The notes beneath the pieces are model-generated. The model ran no database searches. It worked only from the letters and a program-made list of their open reading frames with translations, and had not been told where the DNA came from. A program made the position numbers and the translations under genes. 64,000 nt of DNA from the human T2T-CHM13v2.0 reference genome, Homo sapiens. Within the stretch, counting starts at the first letter, position 1. Each line of letters starts with the position of its first letter. This document shows positions 48,827 through 64,000 of this stretch, piece by piece. The DNA is taken from assembly GCF_009914755.1 (NCBI RefSeq), contig NC_060936.1. One strand, given 5' to 3'.

Positions 48827-49336
48827 TGTATTAGTTTCCTATCACTGCTTAAACAAATTACCACAAACTTAGTGACTGAAAACAACACAAATGTATTGTC
48901 TCACAGTTCTGTAATTCAGAAGTACAAAATGGTCTCCCTAATAAAATCAAGGTGTCAGCAGGGCTGCATTCTTTTCTGGAGGCTCTAGGGGATAATCCAT
49001 TCCCTCACCCTTTTAAGTTTCTAGAGGCCACTTGCATTCCTTGGCTCATGGCCTTCTTCCTCCATCTTCAAAACCAGCAATAGCAGCTTGAGTTCTTTTC
49101 ACCTCATCAACCATCCCTCTGGTTCACTTCTGCCTCCCTCATCTCCTATTAAAGACCCTTGTGATTATATTGGGTCCACCTGGATAATCCAGAATGCTCT
49201 CCCTATGTTAAGATCTGCTAACTAGCAACCTTAATTTCCTTTGCAACTTTATCTCTCTTGCCATGTAACATAACATAGGACAGGTTTTGAGAATTTTGAT
49301 GTGAACATTTTGGGGGACCATCATTTTGCCTACCGT
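48827..49336 (-). mobile_element. MLT1C/D-type MaLR LTR
   Basis: TGTATTAGTTTCCTAT...AACAAATTACCACAAACTTAGTG...AAAATCAAGGTGTCAGCAGGGCTG...TGGAGGCTCTAGGGG. Confidence 0.8.
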
Positions 49337-49584
49337 ACCCTCCACAAAGAAAACTCCAGGGAGATTTGCCCCTGCTTTGTCTCTCTGTCTTGCAGGACCT
49401 AACTGATCCTCTAAATCATGAACCATCTATCACAATATGATAATTGCAATAATCACAATTGGGAGGCCTTTCATGATAATATTTTTCTTCTGGTCTAAGT
49501 CTGATTCTGTTCCATGCTTAAAGATTTATTTGTAGCTAAATACAATGACTGTTAACTAAAAATTCATAAAGAAATAGTGATCTT

Positions 49585-49780
49585 GGCCAGGCACAGTGGC
49601 TCACGCCTATAATCCCAGCACTTTGGGAGGCCGAGGTGGGTGGATCACGAGTTAAGGAGTTTAAGACCAGCCTGGCCAACATGGTGAAACTCCGTCTCTA
49701 CTAAAAATACAAAAATTAGCCAGGTGTGGTGGCAGTCGCCTGTAATCCCAGCTACTCGGGAGGCTGAGGCAGAGAAAAAA
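49585..49780 (+). mobile_element. 3'-truncated AluS with intact TSDs
   Basis: Ends at GGCTGAGGCAG; TSD AAAGAAATA(G/A)TGATCT at 49568-49583 and 49779-49794. Confidence 0.85.
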
Positions 49781-49871
49781 AGAAATAATGATCTCAGGAA
49801 ATCCTTTCCAGTATGGGGGAAAAAAAGGTTTATCATCAACCATTCACTTTTATAAATGATATGAATGTCCA

Positions 49872-50047
49872 TTTCTTTTTTTCTTCAAGTCAGAGTCTTG
49901 CTCTTCTGTCACCCAGGCTAGAGTGCAGTGGCCCAAGTACAGCTCACAGTAGCCTCAACCTGCCAGACTCTAGCAATCCTCCTACTTCAGCCTCCCTAGT
50001 AGCTGGGACAACAGGCACTTACCACCATGTCCAGCTAATTTTCGTAT

Positions 50048-50078
<31 letters not shown>

Positions 50079-50200
50079 TTTGTAAAGAGAGGGTCTTACT
50101 GTGTTGCCCAGGCTAGTCTCAAACTTCTGGGCTCAAGTGATCCTCCTGCCTCAGCCTCCCAAAGTGCCAGGATTACAGGCATGAGCCACCACACCTGACT
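49872..50200 (-). mobile_element. AluJ with (TTTA)n in the linker
   Basis: Antisense diverged dimer. Confidence 0.85.
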
Positions 50201-50274
50201 GAATGTGTATTTTATTTCTGAAACAAAACCACTACACATGATTGTTACCAATATGTTTCTACTTTTTTTTTTTT

Positions 50275-50410
50275 TAGCTGGGTATACCTGTAATACCTGT
50301 AGTCCCAGCTATTCAGGAGGCTGAGGTGGGAGGATCACCTGAGCCCAGGAGTTTGAGGCTGCAGTGAGCCATGGTTGTGCCACTGACGGCATGACAGAGT
50401 GAGAGTTTCT
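50275..50410 (+). mobile_element. Alu right monomer / FRAM fragment
   Basis: TTAGCTGGG...CCTGTAGTCCCAGCTA...GACAGAGTGAGA. Confidence 0.7.
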
Positions 50411-50748
50411 ATTTTTTTAACAGAACCCCAACAGCGGTGCTTTCATTTTAGATCCAATTGATGATTAATGGACGGCAGAGTATGTCTTAAGAAAGACAGG
50501 TGAAAAATATCAGGTTGCAAAGCAAAGCACGTAAATATACCAAAGCCAGAATTTTTTTTATTTTTGTAAGGGGTAAAAGGCCATGAGTACTATTTTAGGA
50601 GTACCAAAAGTTCAAACACTGTAGTTGGAAATGGATAAAACCTCAATACCTTTGAATCTGACACTGAAATTTAGTATTTCTATCTTTTAAGTTCTTTTAT
50701 CTCAAGGTATATAAAAGTGCTCCAAATAAATATGTCCAAATCTTGGGA

Positions 50749-51043
<295 letters not shown>

Positions 51044-51234
51044 GAGCATTAAAAATTTTGTTATAAATTTCAGCATTAAAAAATGTGTTAATGGTTGATC
51101 CTAATTTTCTAGTGGGTAGGAGGTTAGCTTTAGTACCTGATTGAAAGAAAACAGCTTGAAAAACAGGAGAGGCTAGCACTAAATTGTTTTATGACTTTGG
51201 GCAGGAGACTCAAGAGAAGGAAAATAGAGAGCCC

Positions 51235-51465
51235 AACAGGTATTGAGCATCTATTATTGCCAAGCACTGTGTTTGCATATATTATTTCCCTGAGTTTTTA
51301 CAACATTTCCTGTGGGTCGCCATTGTTACACTTTAAAGATGAGGAAATCAAGGCTCTGAGATGTTAACAGACTCTCCCACAATCGCACAGCTAAAGGGTA
51401 ACAGCACTGGGATTAGAGTCCAGTACTGCCTAACTCCAAAGCCCATGCATATGCTTTCCACCACC
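51235..51465 (-). mobile_element. MIR
   Basis: TATTGAGCATCTA...GATGAGGAAATCAAGGCTCTGAGATGTTAA. Confidence 0.65.
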
Positions 51466-53128
51466 CTCAGCTGCTCTTGCCTTGTTTCCTCATCTACAAA
51501 ACAAGGGAGTTCAGTCAGATAATCTCTGATGCCCCTCAAGTTCTACCTGCATGGCCTTTGTGGTTGGGAGGAGAAAGGGGAATCAGGGCAGGGTCTCCGG
51601 CACTGTGCTGAGTGGTCTTCTTCTGAGTGGGAAAGCAATGAAACCACGTGTCTTACTGGTGCTGTACTGACTCCCTGTCCTGTGAAAGAAGGCTGCTGCT
51701 GCTGGCAACACTGCAAATGACGATGGGACTCCCAGGCCCACAGCCCTCAAAAGGAAGTGAGTCTTCTCATTCTCCTTTGCAGGGCCACTTTTTATAAATT
51801 TACATTTCCAAAACCAAATCCATCAACATTTACTGTTGAGAATTTTATTGTGCCCAACACTGAGTTAAATGGTATTGCGAGGCTCTATATACAATAGCAA
51901 GGAAGTATAAGATGTGGTCTGTATTCTCAGGAACTTACAACTAGCTGGGAGAACACAACACACAAAGCAATTTTTGAAGGACACTGTATAATGCAGGACT
52001 GAATTGTGTAGTCCAGATGATATGTACTACAGGAGTGCAGAGAAATGGGCGTTCAGTGGGGGCTACAGCACCCGTGAGAACTGGAGCAGAGACAACGTTA
52101 TTCACCTTGCATTCTTGACTAGTCTTTCTTGGCCTTTTCTGTAATTGTGAAACCCTGGTATGACTCTTTGACATAGTTCAAACATTCTCTGCTTTGCAGG
52201 CTGCAGTGATGTCCTTCATATCACGTCATCTTAGTGCCACTTCATCTTTATTGGCATGTGTGGGAGGAACAAAACCCCAGTGGTATGCAAACACCGTCAT
52301 GGGGACTTGCTTCAAGCCATGGGAAGTTTCATGCAAAGCCAGTTTCTCAGTAGGGCAAATGTTGTGTAAAAGTACAAGAAGTTTGAGAAACTAGTTAAAG
52401 GCAAAGCCTGTCACAGCAAGAATGAGATTTGAATGGGGACACTTTCCTGTCTGTGTCAGGGATGGTCTGATGGTCTACTCCCAGCCCCTCACCTTCGGAG
52501 CCCCTGTGCTTAAGTACTTCGCTGACAACATGGCCCAGAGGCGAAAGGACCTTGTCCAATGCAGCAGGAACTTCTTATTCCCAAACCCTCTGCCCACCCT
52601 CATAGGCCAGTCTTTTGATAAGAGGCTGTAGACCTGAAAAATTATTCTAGAATGTTGGATCTAATAGATTTAATAGTCACTATATATTTACTGCATGTTC
52701 TGAAACAAGGCTGGATTGAGGACTGTTTTCATTTGAGCTGAAGACACAAAATGAATATACAGGAAACAGCAGCTAAGTGTACCTGACAGATTAATGGCAT
52801 CAAGTGCTAAGCCAAGGGTAATTGGTTCAGAAAAATGAGACACTGATAAGTACAGAAGTAATGAGGGAAAGTGTCACCAAGCCAACGTTTAGGAGAGACC
52901 TTAAAAAATGGAAAGAATCTGGATTGGCAGGAAAGAGAAATTATGACATTCTAGAAATGATATAGTACCTACTATTTCATGTGATGAATTATAAATTATA
53001 ATAGGAAACCATTATCAAAGGCAAGAAAAGTGAAAGATATATTCATGGAAAACCAAAGCAGTCAGCCTGTCTGGAGGAAGGGTGGCATAAGAATGTACAT
53101 AGCAAAAATTAATGGGAAGTTAAGATCA

Positions 53129-53473
<345 letters not shown>

Positions 53474-53529
53474 TCAAGTGCTGATTACACTAGGTCTCTT
53501 GCTGCATAATTATAATAGTTTACACCTAT

Positions 53530-53960
53530 TAAAGCTTACAATGTGCCTTGCACTGTGTTAAAGTGCTTTACATATATTATCTCATTTAATTGTCACGACA
53601 GACCTATGAGGTATATGTTACCTCATAGGTAATGTATCCATTTTACAGATGAAACTGATGAAACCCAGAGAGGCTAAGGAACTTGCTTCAGGTCACATAG
53701 TTACTGAGTGGGAAAGCCTAGTATTGAACCAAGTAAGTCAGCCCAAACACGGGTTCCGAGCACAATGCTAAACTGTCTCCACAGATATTACTACAATCTC
53801 ATAAACTTCCCTATGACATAGGTATTATCACCCCAGTTTTGCAAATGGGGATTCAAGGTTTCGAGAGTCAGTGAATTGCCCAAGGTCATTCTGCTGAGTA
53901 CGGGGCTAGGATTTGAAAGCAGATCCACTAACTCCAAGTCCATTAAACTTCCCATTACAA
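53530..53960 (-). mobile_element. Two MIR remnants
   Basis: CCATTTTACAGATGAAACTG..., TTGCCCAAGGTCA...GGATTTGAA. Confidence 0.7.
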
Positions 53961-55470
53961 TATAGCCACCTGGCAGAAATATTGTCTAGTATGAGATCAG
54001 ATTAGAGGAAATTTTGACAGCAAAGAAGAGCAAGAAGTCTATATGAATAGGGAAGAACTTCAGGGTTTTGAATAGACATGATTTGATTAATGAAGGTAGT
54101 CTAGGTCTGGCCTCAGTCTTTCACAGGTAATTGAATCAGGGAAAGGGTAGACATGAACAGTAGATGATATTAGAGGAAGTAAGGACCTAGAAATGGGCAT
54201 AGGAGAGAGGGAATGACAGAAACAAGATCAATATTTGAAGGAAAACCTGATTGTTCTAGGGGCTGAACAGCTGAGAGTGATGAAAGAGGAGATCAAATCA
54301 AAGAGGAATTTGCTTCTCTATATCTAAATAACTTCATGGACTATTGACAGGGACTGACAGTTTCTATGAGCAGCTGATTTGTGGCAAAAAAAAAAAAAAA
54401 AGAAGAAGGTTGTTTTTGGACATGTTGCAATCTGCTTGGCAGAACAATGACCTGCACATTCCAGAGGAAATGGCCAGTAGGCAGTCAGGGAAATGGGATT
54501 GGAGCTCAGGTAGAGAGCAGAAGCTGTCAATAGTATCTGACAAATAAGCTCTGCAAGGACCACTGAAGGGGCAGACAAGTCACATCCCAAGAAAAATAGG
54601 GTTTTTTTTTAATAATCAGAATGCGCCAGGAGTCAGCAGAGAACCAAAATGCACTATAATGAAAGAGATCAGGCCCAAGGGCAAGCCACAGGTCAGGATA
54701 AGTGGTTAGGGACAATGCAGAGATAAAAATTAAAGGGATGCAGCAGCAAATCTGATCTCATCAGTATCAAGGATAAATGACCACAGAATAATTTCCTGTC
54801 CTGTTTCTGGTATTTTGGGGTATTCCCCTATTGCAGGAGCCAAATCCACTTAACTGGATGACGCCCTCAGAATGACCCTGCAGAACAACCAGGAATCTTC
54901 CTAGCAGGGAGTACACAGTCTACATCAGCACAGGGAGAGAATGAAAGTTATCAAAAAGGGCCTCTCCACTGAATTGTACATGTAAAAATGGCTAAAATGG
55001 TAAATGACATTTATGTAGATTTTACCAAAATTTAAAAGGGAGTCTATCTCTTGAAAAGATAAACATCTACGGATTCCCCCAAAATCTCCAAAAGTTCACC
55101 TAATTACCATCTCCTGGACTTCCCCTGTTTGTTAAAGATCTTGATTTCCTTGCTTAAGTTGGTGGCTATGGTGCTAAAGGGATGAAGATACTTAAGAAAC
55201 CATGGAGGCTGCAGCTACCTGGTGCCCTTGTCCCTTCCAGTCTGGGAAGGGAATGGGATAGTTGGTTGTGGTCAGTTTGCTGTGGAAACTCCTCTTCTGG
55301 CCTTTCTGCTCCCTCTGTCCTTTTTTCAGAACTTTGAGAACATGACACATTGGCCAATGCTCCACCCTCTGTGACCTCTTCTGCTTGACACAATTAAGAA
55401 AATGAGCCATAGAGCAACTCAGCCAACACCTGGAAGGGACTTACCTGAGACAGGAACCTGAGAGTCCTGT

Positions 55471-55641
55471 AACTTCAGTTCTTGCTCACTGCCCTGTGCA
55501 TATGGCCTTAGAATCCTAGGATCCTCTTTCTGACTTTACAGAGATCACCTCCAAGCCTATATCGAATTCCTTTCCTGATCAATATATAATGTGTTCTTAG
55601 TTCAGGGGGCCTTCACAAACCAGGGCAACCCAAAGGTGCTC
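55471..55641 (+). repeat. 171-bp local direct duplication, copy 1
   Basis: Ungapped match to 57251-57421; 16 mismatches counted by eye (~91% identity). Confidence 0.95.
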
Positions 55642-56906
55642 AGCTCCTACGCTCTTGGAAGTAGCAAGGTGGGGCTCCTCTTCATCTTGTAAGTAAGGAA
55701 ACAGTGGCCCAGGATCAGTTCAATGGCTTGCCCACGGGCATATACCTGGCTAATTGCAGAAGGGGAAGGAGATGCAGGCCTTCTGATCCACTCTCCAAAT
55801 CTCTGTTAGTTAGACAAAGAGATCCCAGCTGAAATATTTGGAATGCTATTTTTACTGAAGCTTTGCTTTCCCCCAGATTTAGTCTCTTTTACTGCCTTTT
55901 TCTCAAAACATATTTAAACTGCTTGGAAATGCCAATTAGGGGTCTAAAATAGAATGATAACTGCACCGATCAATTGGGGAAGCTCACTGGTTACCCACAA
56001 AACCATCACAGACCGCCTATTATGCTGTGGCTAAAACTCGGATCCATGCCTTCCCGCAGCCTCATATGGCAGAGCACCCCAGTCCCTCCTGTCGTTGCCC
56101 CATGTTGGCCTTGATGTCTGCCTCTGAAATCCTTGATTACCAACGTCAACAGGCAATTGGCCAGCTTAGGAGGGGCCTTCCAAGGCTATGGCAAGATAGA
56201 AGAATGACAGTACAGCTCATCATAAACGTATTTATCAGGCAAACTTCAGGAAAAACTGGTTTCTCAGGCTTGCCACCTGAAGCAAAATAGTTCTGGGTGA
56301 AGCTTGACATGGTGTATATCTGTGGGTCAGGTCAGCACACACACAGAAAAAGAATCTTTTTTGTTTTCTCTTTGGAGATTATCCAAACTATAAAGTTAAC
56401 CAGAGAAATGAATTATCTGTTTTAGTCAAGCCTATATTTCTTTCCAATGGTCATTTTCTGGAAATGCAGGAATTCAAGTTTAGAACTTCTAAGTGATAGA
56501 GTCATATACTCATAAAATAGTAGCACTGTATGGGACCCGGAAATTGTCTAATCTAGCGTCTAATTTTGCAGATAAGAAAGCTGAAGTTTCCCATTATTAA
56601 ATGAATATTGTACTTCCATGCAGGCAGAGATTGCACTCATTTCTTTACAAGCTGAAATTACACTGTTGGCTCCCATGGCACTGGCAGCCAGCCTAAATAA
56701 AACCCATAATATTTTTCATATAAACTGCTCAGCTAGATTTTCCGCATTCCAGGTTTATACATAAATTTCTTAACATTTTGTTCAGGAGTTTACATTTTCC
56801 CTTTCTAATTTTACTAGTTTAAACTCTATATGCCAGTCTATGATTTGAATTCTGGCCCGGTCTTAAGCCTTATAAGTACTTGAGAAAGGGCAAGATCATT
56901 TGCTAG

Positions 56907-57243
<337 letters not shown>

Positions 57244-57250
57244 CCCCTAC

Positions 57251-57421
57251 AACTTCACTTCTTGCTCACTGCCCTGTGTGTATGCCCTTACAGTCCTAGG
57301 ATCCTCCTTCTGACTTTACAGAGATCACTTCCAAGTCTATATCCAATTCCTTTCCTGATCAATATATAACATGTTCTTAGGTCAGGGGGCCTCCACAAAG
57401 CAGGACAACCCAAAGGTGCTC
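57251..57421 (+). repeat. 171-bp local direct duplication, copy 2
   Basis: Offset exactly 1780 bp from copy 1. Confidence 0.95.
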
Positions 57422-57699
57422 CTGCACTTAGCTATTAGGACAATAGCTAAGTTGTCCTAAATAAAATGCTATTTATGAAAAGCATTTAACTTAGGTTTCC
57501 CCCACCTAGTTTTGTCCTAATTTAATTCCTCAAGGAGGTTTGGTAACTTTTCCTCCCTTCTTACATGAAGGAGCTCTAAAAGGGGTCTTTCCTCTATAAG
57601 GGAGAAGAAACTTTTGTAGCTTGTCTCCTACCAGAAGTAGAAGTGACTGGAGTAATGTGGTAAAAGGCTACCCTCTAAACTCCAGAGTCAGAAGAACCC

Positions 57700-58037
<338 letters not shown>

Positions 58038-58509
58038 TAGGTTAGTAGTTTATCTTCCATCAGTTATGAAAACTGCAGGAGTCAAGAAATTTAGGAGTAG
58101 GGAGGAAAGAAAGGAAAGATTTCCTAATCTCTTCATACTCAAAAGGATATGTGCTATATGAAAAAGGAGAATTGAGTGAAATATCTGTGATTACTTTATA
58201 TATTGTAAGTAGCCTAGAAACCTAAGAATTATACCTGACTTCTTCCTTCCCTTCACCCCCCATATCTAATAACAAGAATCACTAACACTTATCAAGTACT
58301 TACTGTGTGCCAGGTACTGTGCTGAGCATTTTATAAGCCTGATTAATTGAATCCTCAAAACAATTAGGATTTTAAGATGAGAAGATTGGCACTTTTAAGA
58401 GGTTACATTACTTGCTTGAACTCATATATCAAAGATTGATGGAGCCAGATTACCACCCAAATTATTGTGACTCCAGAGCCCAAAAGCTTACCCACAATAA
58501 ATATTGTCC

Positions 58510-60070
58510 TCTAGGAGAGCCATCAGACCATGATACAGGTTTGTCCCTTATGAGACATAGAAGGAAGAATGAAAGGAAGTTCAAGAGGGAGAAAGATGCT
58601 GGGTAGAAGGAAGGACAAAGGAAGGTTGGTGGGTTGTGCGGCAGGAAGGTTAGGTGGAGGGTTGGTGGGTTGTGTGGAAGGAAGGTTAGGTGGAGGGTTG
58701 GTGGGTTGTGCGGCAGGAAGGTTAGGTGGAGGGTTGGTGGGTTGTGGGGAAGGAAGGTTACCTGGAGGGTTGGTGGGTTGTGTGGAAGGAAGGTTAGGAG
58801 GAAGGTTGGTGGGTTTCGTGGAAGGAAGGTTAGGAGGAAGGTTAGTGGGTTGTGCGGAAGGAAGGTTAGGTGGAGGGTTGGTGGGTTGTGTGGAAGGTTG
58901 GTGGGTTGTGTGGAAGGAAGTTTAGGAGGAAGGTTGGTGGGTTGTGTGGAAGGAAGGTTAGCTGGAAGGTTGGTGGGTTGTGTGGAAAGAAAGTTAGGTG
59001 GAGGGTTGGTGGGTTGTGCGGAAGGAAGGTTAGGTGGAGGGTTGGTGGGTTGTGCGGCAGGAAGGTTAGGTGGAGGGTTGGTGGGTTGTGGGGAAGGAAG
59101 GTTAGGTGGAAGGTTGGTGGGTTGTGTGGAAGGAAGCTTAGGTGGAGGGTTGGTGGGTTGTGTGGAAGGTTGGTGGGTTGTGTGGAAGGAAGGTTAGGAG
59201 GAAGGTTGGTGGGTTATGTGGAAGGAAGGTTAGGAGAAAGGTTGGTGGGTTGTGCAGAAGGAAGGTTAGGTGGAGGGTTGGTGGGTTGTGTGGAAGGTTG
59301 GTGGGTTGTGTGGAAGGAAGGTTAGGAGGAAGGTTGGTGGGTTGTGTGAAAGGAAGGTTAGGTGGAACGTTGGTGGGTTGTGTGGGAGGAAGGTTAGGAG
59401 GAAGGTTGGTGGGTTGTGCGGAAGGAAGGTTAGGTGGAGGTTTGGTGGGTTGTGTGGAAGGTTGGTGGGTTTTGTGGAAGGAAGGTTAGGAGGAAGGTTG
59501 GTGGGTTGTATGGAAGGAAGGTTAGGAGGAAGATTGGTGGGTTGTGTGGAAGGAAGTTTGGTGGAAGGTTGGTGGGTTGTGTGGAAGGAAGGTTAGGAGG
59601 AAGGTTGGTGGGTTGTGTGGAAGGAAGGTTAGGAGGAAGGTTGGTGGGTTGTGTGGAAGGAAGGTTAGGTGGAGGGTTGGTGGGTTGTGTGGAAGGAAGG
59701 TTAGGTGGAGGGTTGGTGGGTTGTGTGGAAGGAAGGTTAGGTGGAGGGTTGGTGGGTTGTGTGGAAGGAAGGTTAGGTGGAGGGTTGGTGGGTTGTGTGG
59801 AAGGAAGGTTAGGTGGAGGGTTGGTGGGTTGTGTGGAAGGAAGTTTGGGTGGAGGAATCTTAGACTGCTGTGCAGTATTAAGAAAGTTCAGCAAGGACAA
59901 TGTAACATCTTGGAGCTAAAGTTGCCCATTAGAGGGGTCCCACATTCCCCAGGAATGGGCCTGCCTTAATATTCCTGTTGCACTCAGTCATGGAGTAGCC
60001 TTCGAGAAGCATGAGCTGAGCAGGAAGCCGTGATGGGTTTCAGAATGTAGAAGTTGGGGCTGTAAGTCAA
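58510..60070. mobile_element. ERVL LTR remnant (LTR33/LTR41-like) flanking the VNTR
   Basis: GAGCCATCAGACCATGATACAGGTTTG on the left; TTAGACTGC...AGAGGGGTCCCACATTCCCCAGGAATGGGCCTGCC...CACTCAGTCAT on the right (recalled consensus). Confidence 0.45.
58620..59856. repeat. G-rich minisatellite (VNTR), 36-bp unit, roughly 35 units
   Basis: Unit GGTTGGTGGGTTGTGTGGAAGGAAGGTTAGGTGGAG with 20-bp and 35-bp variants. Confidence 0.97.
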
Positions 60071-60338
60071 TTATGAGGTGCATTTCTTTGGTAACATCTT
60101 ACATCACACTGTCTTTTCAAGCAAATCTTTTAGCTTTGTCTTCAACAAATGTCTCCACCTACTGCCCTAGTTCAAGCCTCTGTCACCATTCACCTAGACA
60201 ATTCCAAAAAATGTTTTGTTTCCCTACTTCTAGTCCTAATACCCTTACAATGATTTCCCACAATGCTATAAGGATGAACTTTATGATACATAAATGCAAC
60301 TGTGTCATAATTCGGCTTAAGAATCTAGGTGGATGCCA

Positions 60339-60996
<658 letters not shown>

Positions 60997-61750
60997 TCAC
61001 CAGCTTTCATTAACAAAGCTAATTTCAAAATTGCCTCATATTCTTTTTGGTAAGGTCATCATTATATTTATATATGGAGCTATCCCAGTTACCATATGTC
61101 ATTTATCTGCTTAAAAACCTACAAATATTTACTAGGATAACACCTAAGCTTTTGATCACAGTAAACTAGGACTCCCAGGACCCAGCCACTTTCTACTTCT
61201 CCTGTATTATCCCTGCTACTCCTTTCCTGGCATTTAATACTCCAAAAATACAGTACCAAACTGTCTGTAGCTTCTGCTGTGCTGTACACATCATCTTCAT
61301 GTCTTTGTTTATACTATTCCCTCTACTGGGACTGCCATTGTCTCTTTTCCTCCTCCCCTCCTTTCTGTGCCTATTTGAATGTCATTTTAGATTCAGCTCA
61401 GCTACCACCAGCTTTCCAAGACTCCAATACACCAACTCAAAGATCATTTAGTCCAAGCTCTGTCCCAATTCAGGAATCCTATGGAAACCGTTCAGGCAGA
61501 AGGTAATCCAAGGAAGAGCTCACAGTATCACAAGGCAACTAGCTGTATCTTTGGACTGTGCTCATGGTCACATAAAGCAATGACAGCCACTTCCCATTGT
61601 GTTTTATCAGGGAGTCTATCAGTTCCTGTTTCTCCATCTTTTCTGGGTGCAGTGGTTAGAATAATATACTCACTTGAAGCTTTAAGATGAACGGAGAGTT
61701 AGAAGTTGGGAGGCTGACTGAGAAATTCTCTTGGCAAATCCTATAGAGGT

Positions 61751-62070
<320 letters not shown>

Positions 62071-62979
62071 CTATAGAGGTGATCTCCTGCTTTGAACCTT
62101 CAGATCTTGGGTGGGGACAGAAGTGGGGAAGGTGAGGATGAGGAAGGACAGAGCTTGTCAACAAGCCATTGGTCATGTCCTTCTGCTTGTAATGTCTGAA
62201 CTTTCTAGCTTTTCATTTCTAAATTCCCTGCCTATGACTCACAGATGTTTCAAGGGGCCTTCAGAATGCCTGTGGACTTTAGTAGGTGAGAGCCATGGGC
62301 AGAGGAAAGATGTAGTAGATGACAAATCACGTGAGGGTTAGAATTTGGCCACGGTGACTGCAGTTGCTAAGATTCTAAATGTTTCCTTAGTGCTTTTTGG
62401 TAAATCTCTCTTCTCCCAAGATCGAAAAGTTGCATCTAGAACTAGATATATAGATGGAAGTTACCTAATATGGAGGAAAAAATAGTGAACAAAGGCTAAT
62501 TTGGGAATCCTAAACTCAATTGGGATTGTGGAATGAAAAGCATGATGAATATGAGTTTTCTTTATCCACATCTAAAGCAAGCATCATTTTCCCAATTTTG
62601 AGTAGGTACTGCCTGCTTTTATGCATTTTAGAGGGTTCAGTGTGGTGGCCGAGTAAGCACTGGGACACTGTCAAGTAGTTTCAGTCAAAAGTTCATTTTG
62701 GGGAAGCATAAAAAGGACTCGTAATATGTATGAAAAAATAAGTAAAATAAATATGAATAATTATGAATAAAAATTTCACCACTAGCAATGTTATTTACGC
62801 TGCAATCATGGAAATAAAAACAACAATAAAAAATACTGAGCATTAAGAATCACTAAATTATCTTACCAGCCATCATGACTCTGTACAAACAGAGCATACA
62901 ATTAAATTTTTCACTGGAACTTGAGTATTGATCATCTGGGAATATAAACATGAGAGAAAGATAATAAAAGGAAACTAGT

Positions 62980-63098
62980 GGCTGCAGCGGCTCACGCCTG
63001 TAATCCCAGCACTTTGGGAAGCAGAGCTGGGAGGATCACTTGATCCCAGCCTGGGCAACATAGAGAGACCCTGTGTCTCTTTAAAAAAAAAAAAAAAA
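62980..63098 (+). mobile_element. FLAM / Alu left monomer
   Basis: Single monomer with A-tail. Confidence 0.8.
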
Positions 63099-63160
63099 GG
63101 AAATTAGTTTCATTGTATTTTAAAATTTGTTCTAAAGCTACATTAATTGAAACAGTTGGA

Positions 63161-63975
<815 letters not shown>

Positions 63976-64000
63976 AAGGTAGGCTGGGTGCAGTGGGTCA

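Noticed and set aside
58620-59856. CRISPR-like array or interstitial telomere
   Set aside because: Units are contiguous with no unique spacers, and there are no tandem TTAGGG tracts.
58569-59969. Repetitive ORFs (GRLGGGLVGCVE; mucin-like PPNLPSTQPTNP)
   Set aside because: Artefact of a 36-bp unit divisible by three; frames shift at each 20-bp unit, and there is no promoter or splice context.

Overview
Human non-coding genomic DNA (it carries a human-specific AluYb8 and a hominid SVA), very rich in Alu. A CpG-island promoter at about 30.8-32.25 kb drives a minus-strand gene. Only non-coding 5' exons of that gene are visible: a first exon ending at a donor at 31288 and a candidate 97-nt exon at 30171-30267. 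About 30 kb of intron lies to the left, and I cannot name the gene from sequence alone. To the right of the promoter are a full-length SVA with target-site duplications (TSDs) inside an old L1 fragment, a processed RPL19 pseudogene, MaLR/ERVL LTR remnants and a ~1.2-kb G-rich 36-bp VNTR. No protein-coding exon is supported; the ORF track is Alu-, SVA-, VNTR- and GC-derived noise apart from the RPL19 pseudogene fragments. I found no novel gene system. The most unusual signal is a set of local templated-insertion and fold-back scars: an Alu split by a copy of neighbouring DNA, a 23-bp Alu capture, a 5'-inverted Alu, a palindrome in a MIR, and a 171-bp duplication ringed by interleaved palindromes. 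Repeat family assignments come from recalled consensus motifs, not from a RepeatMasker run.
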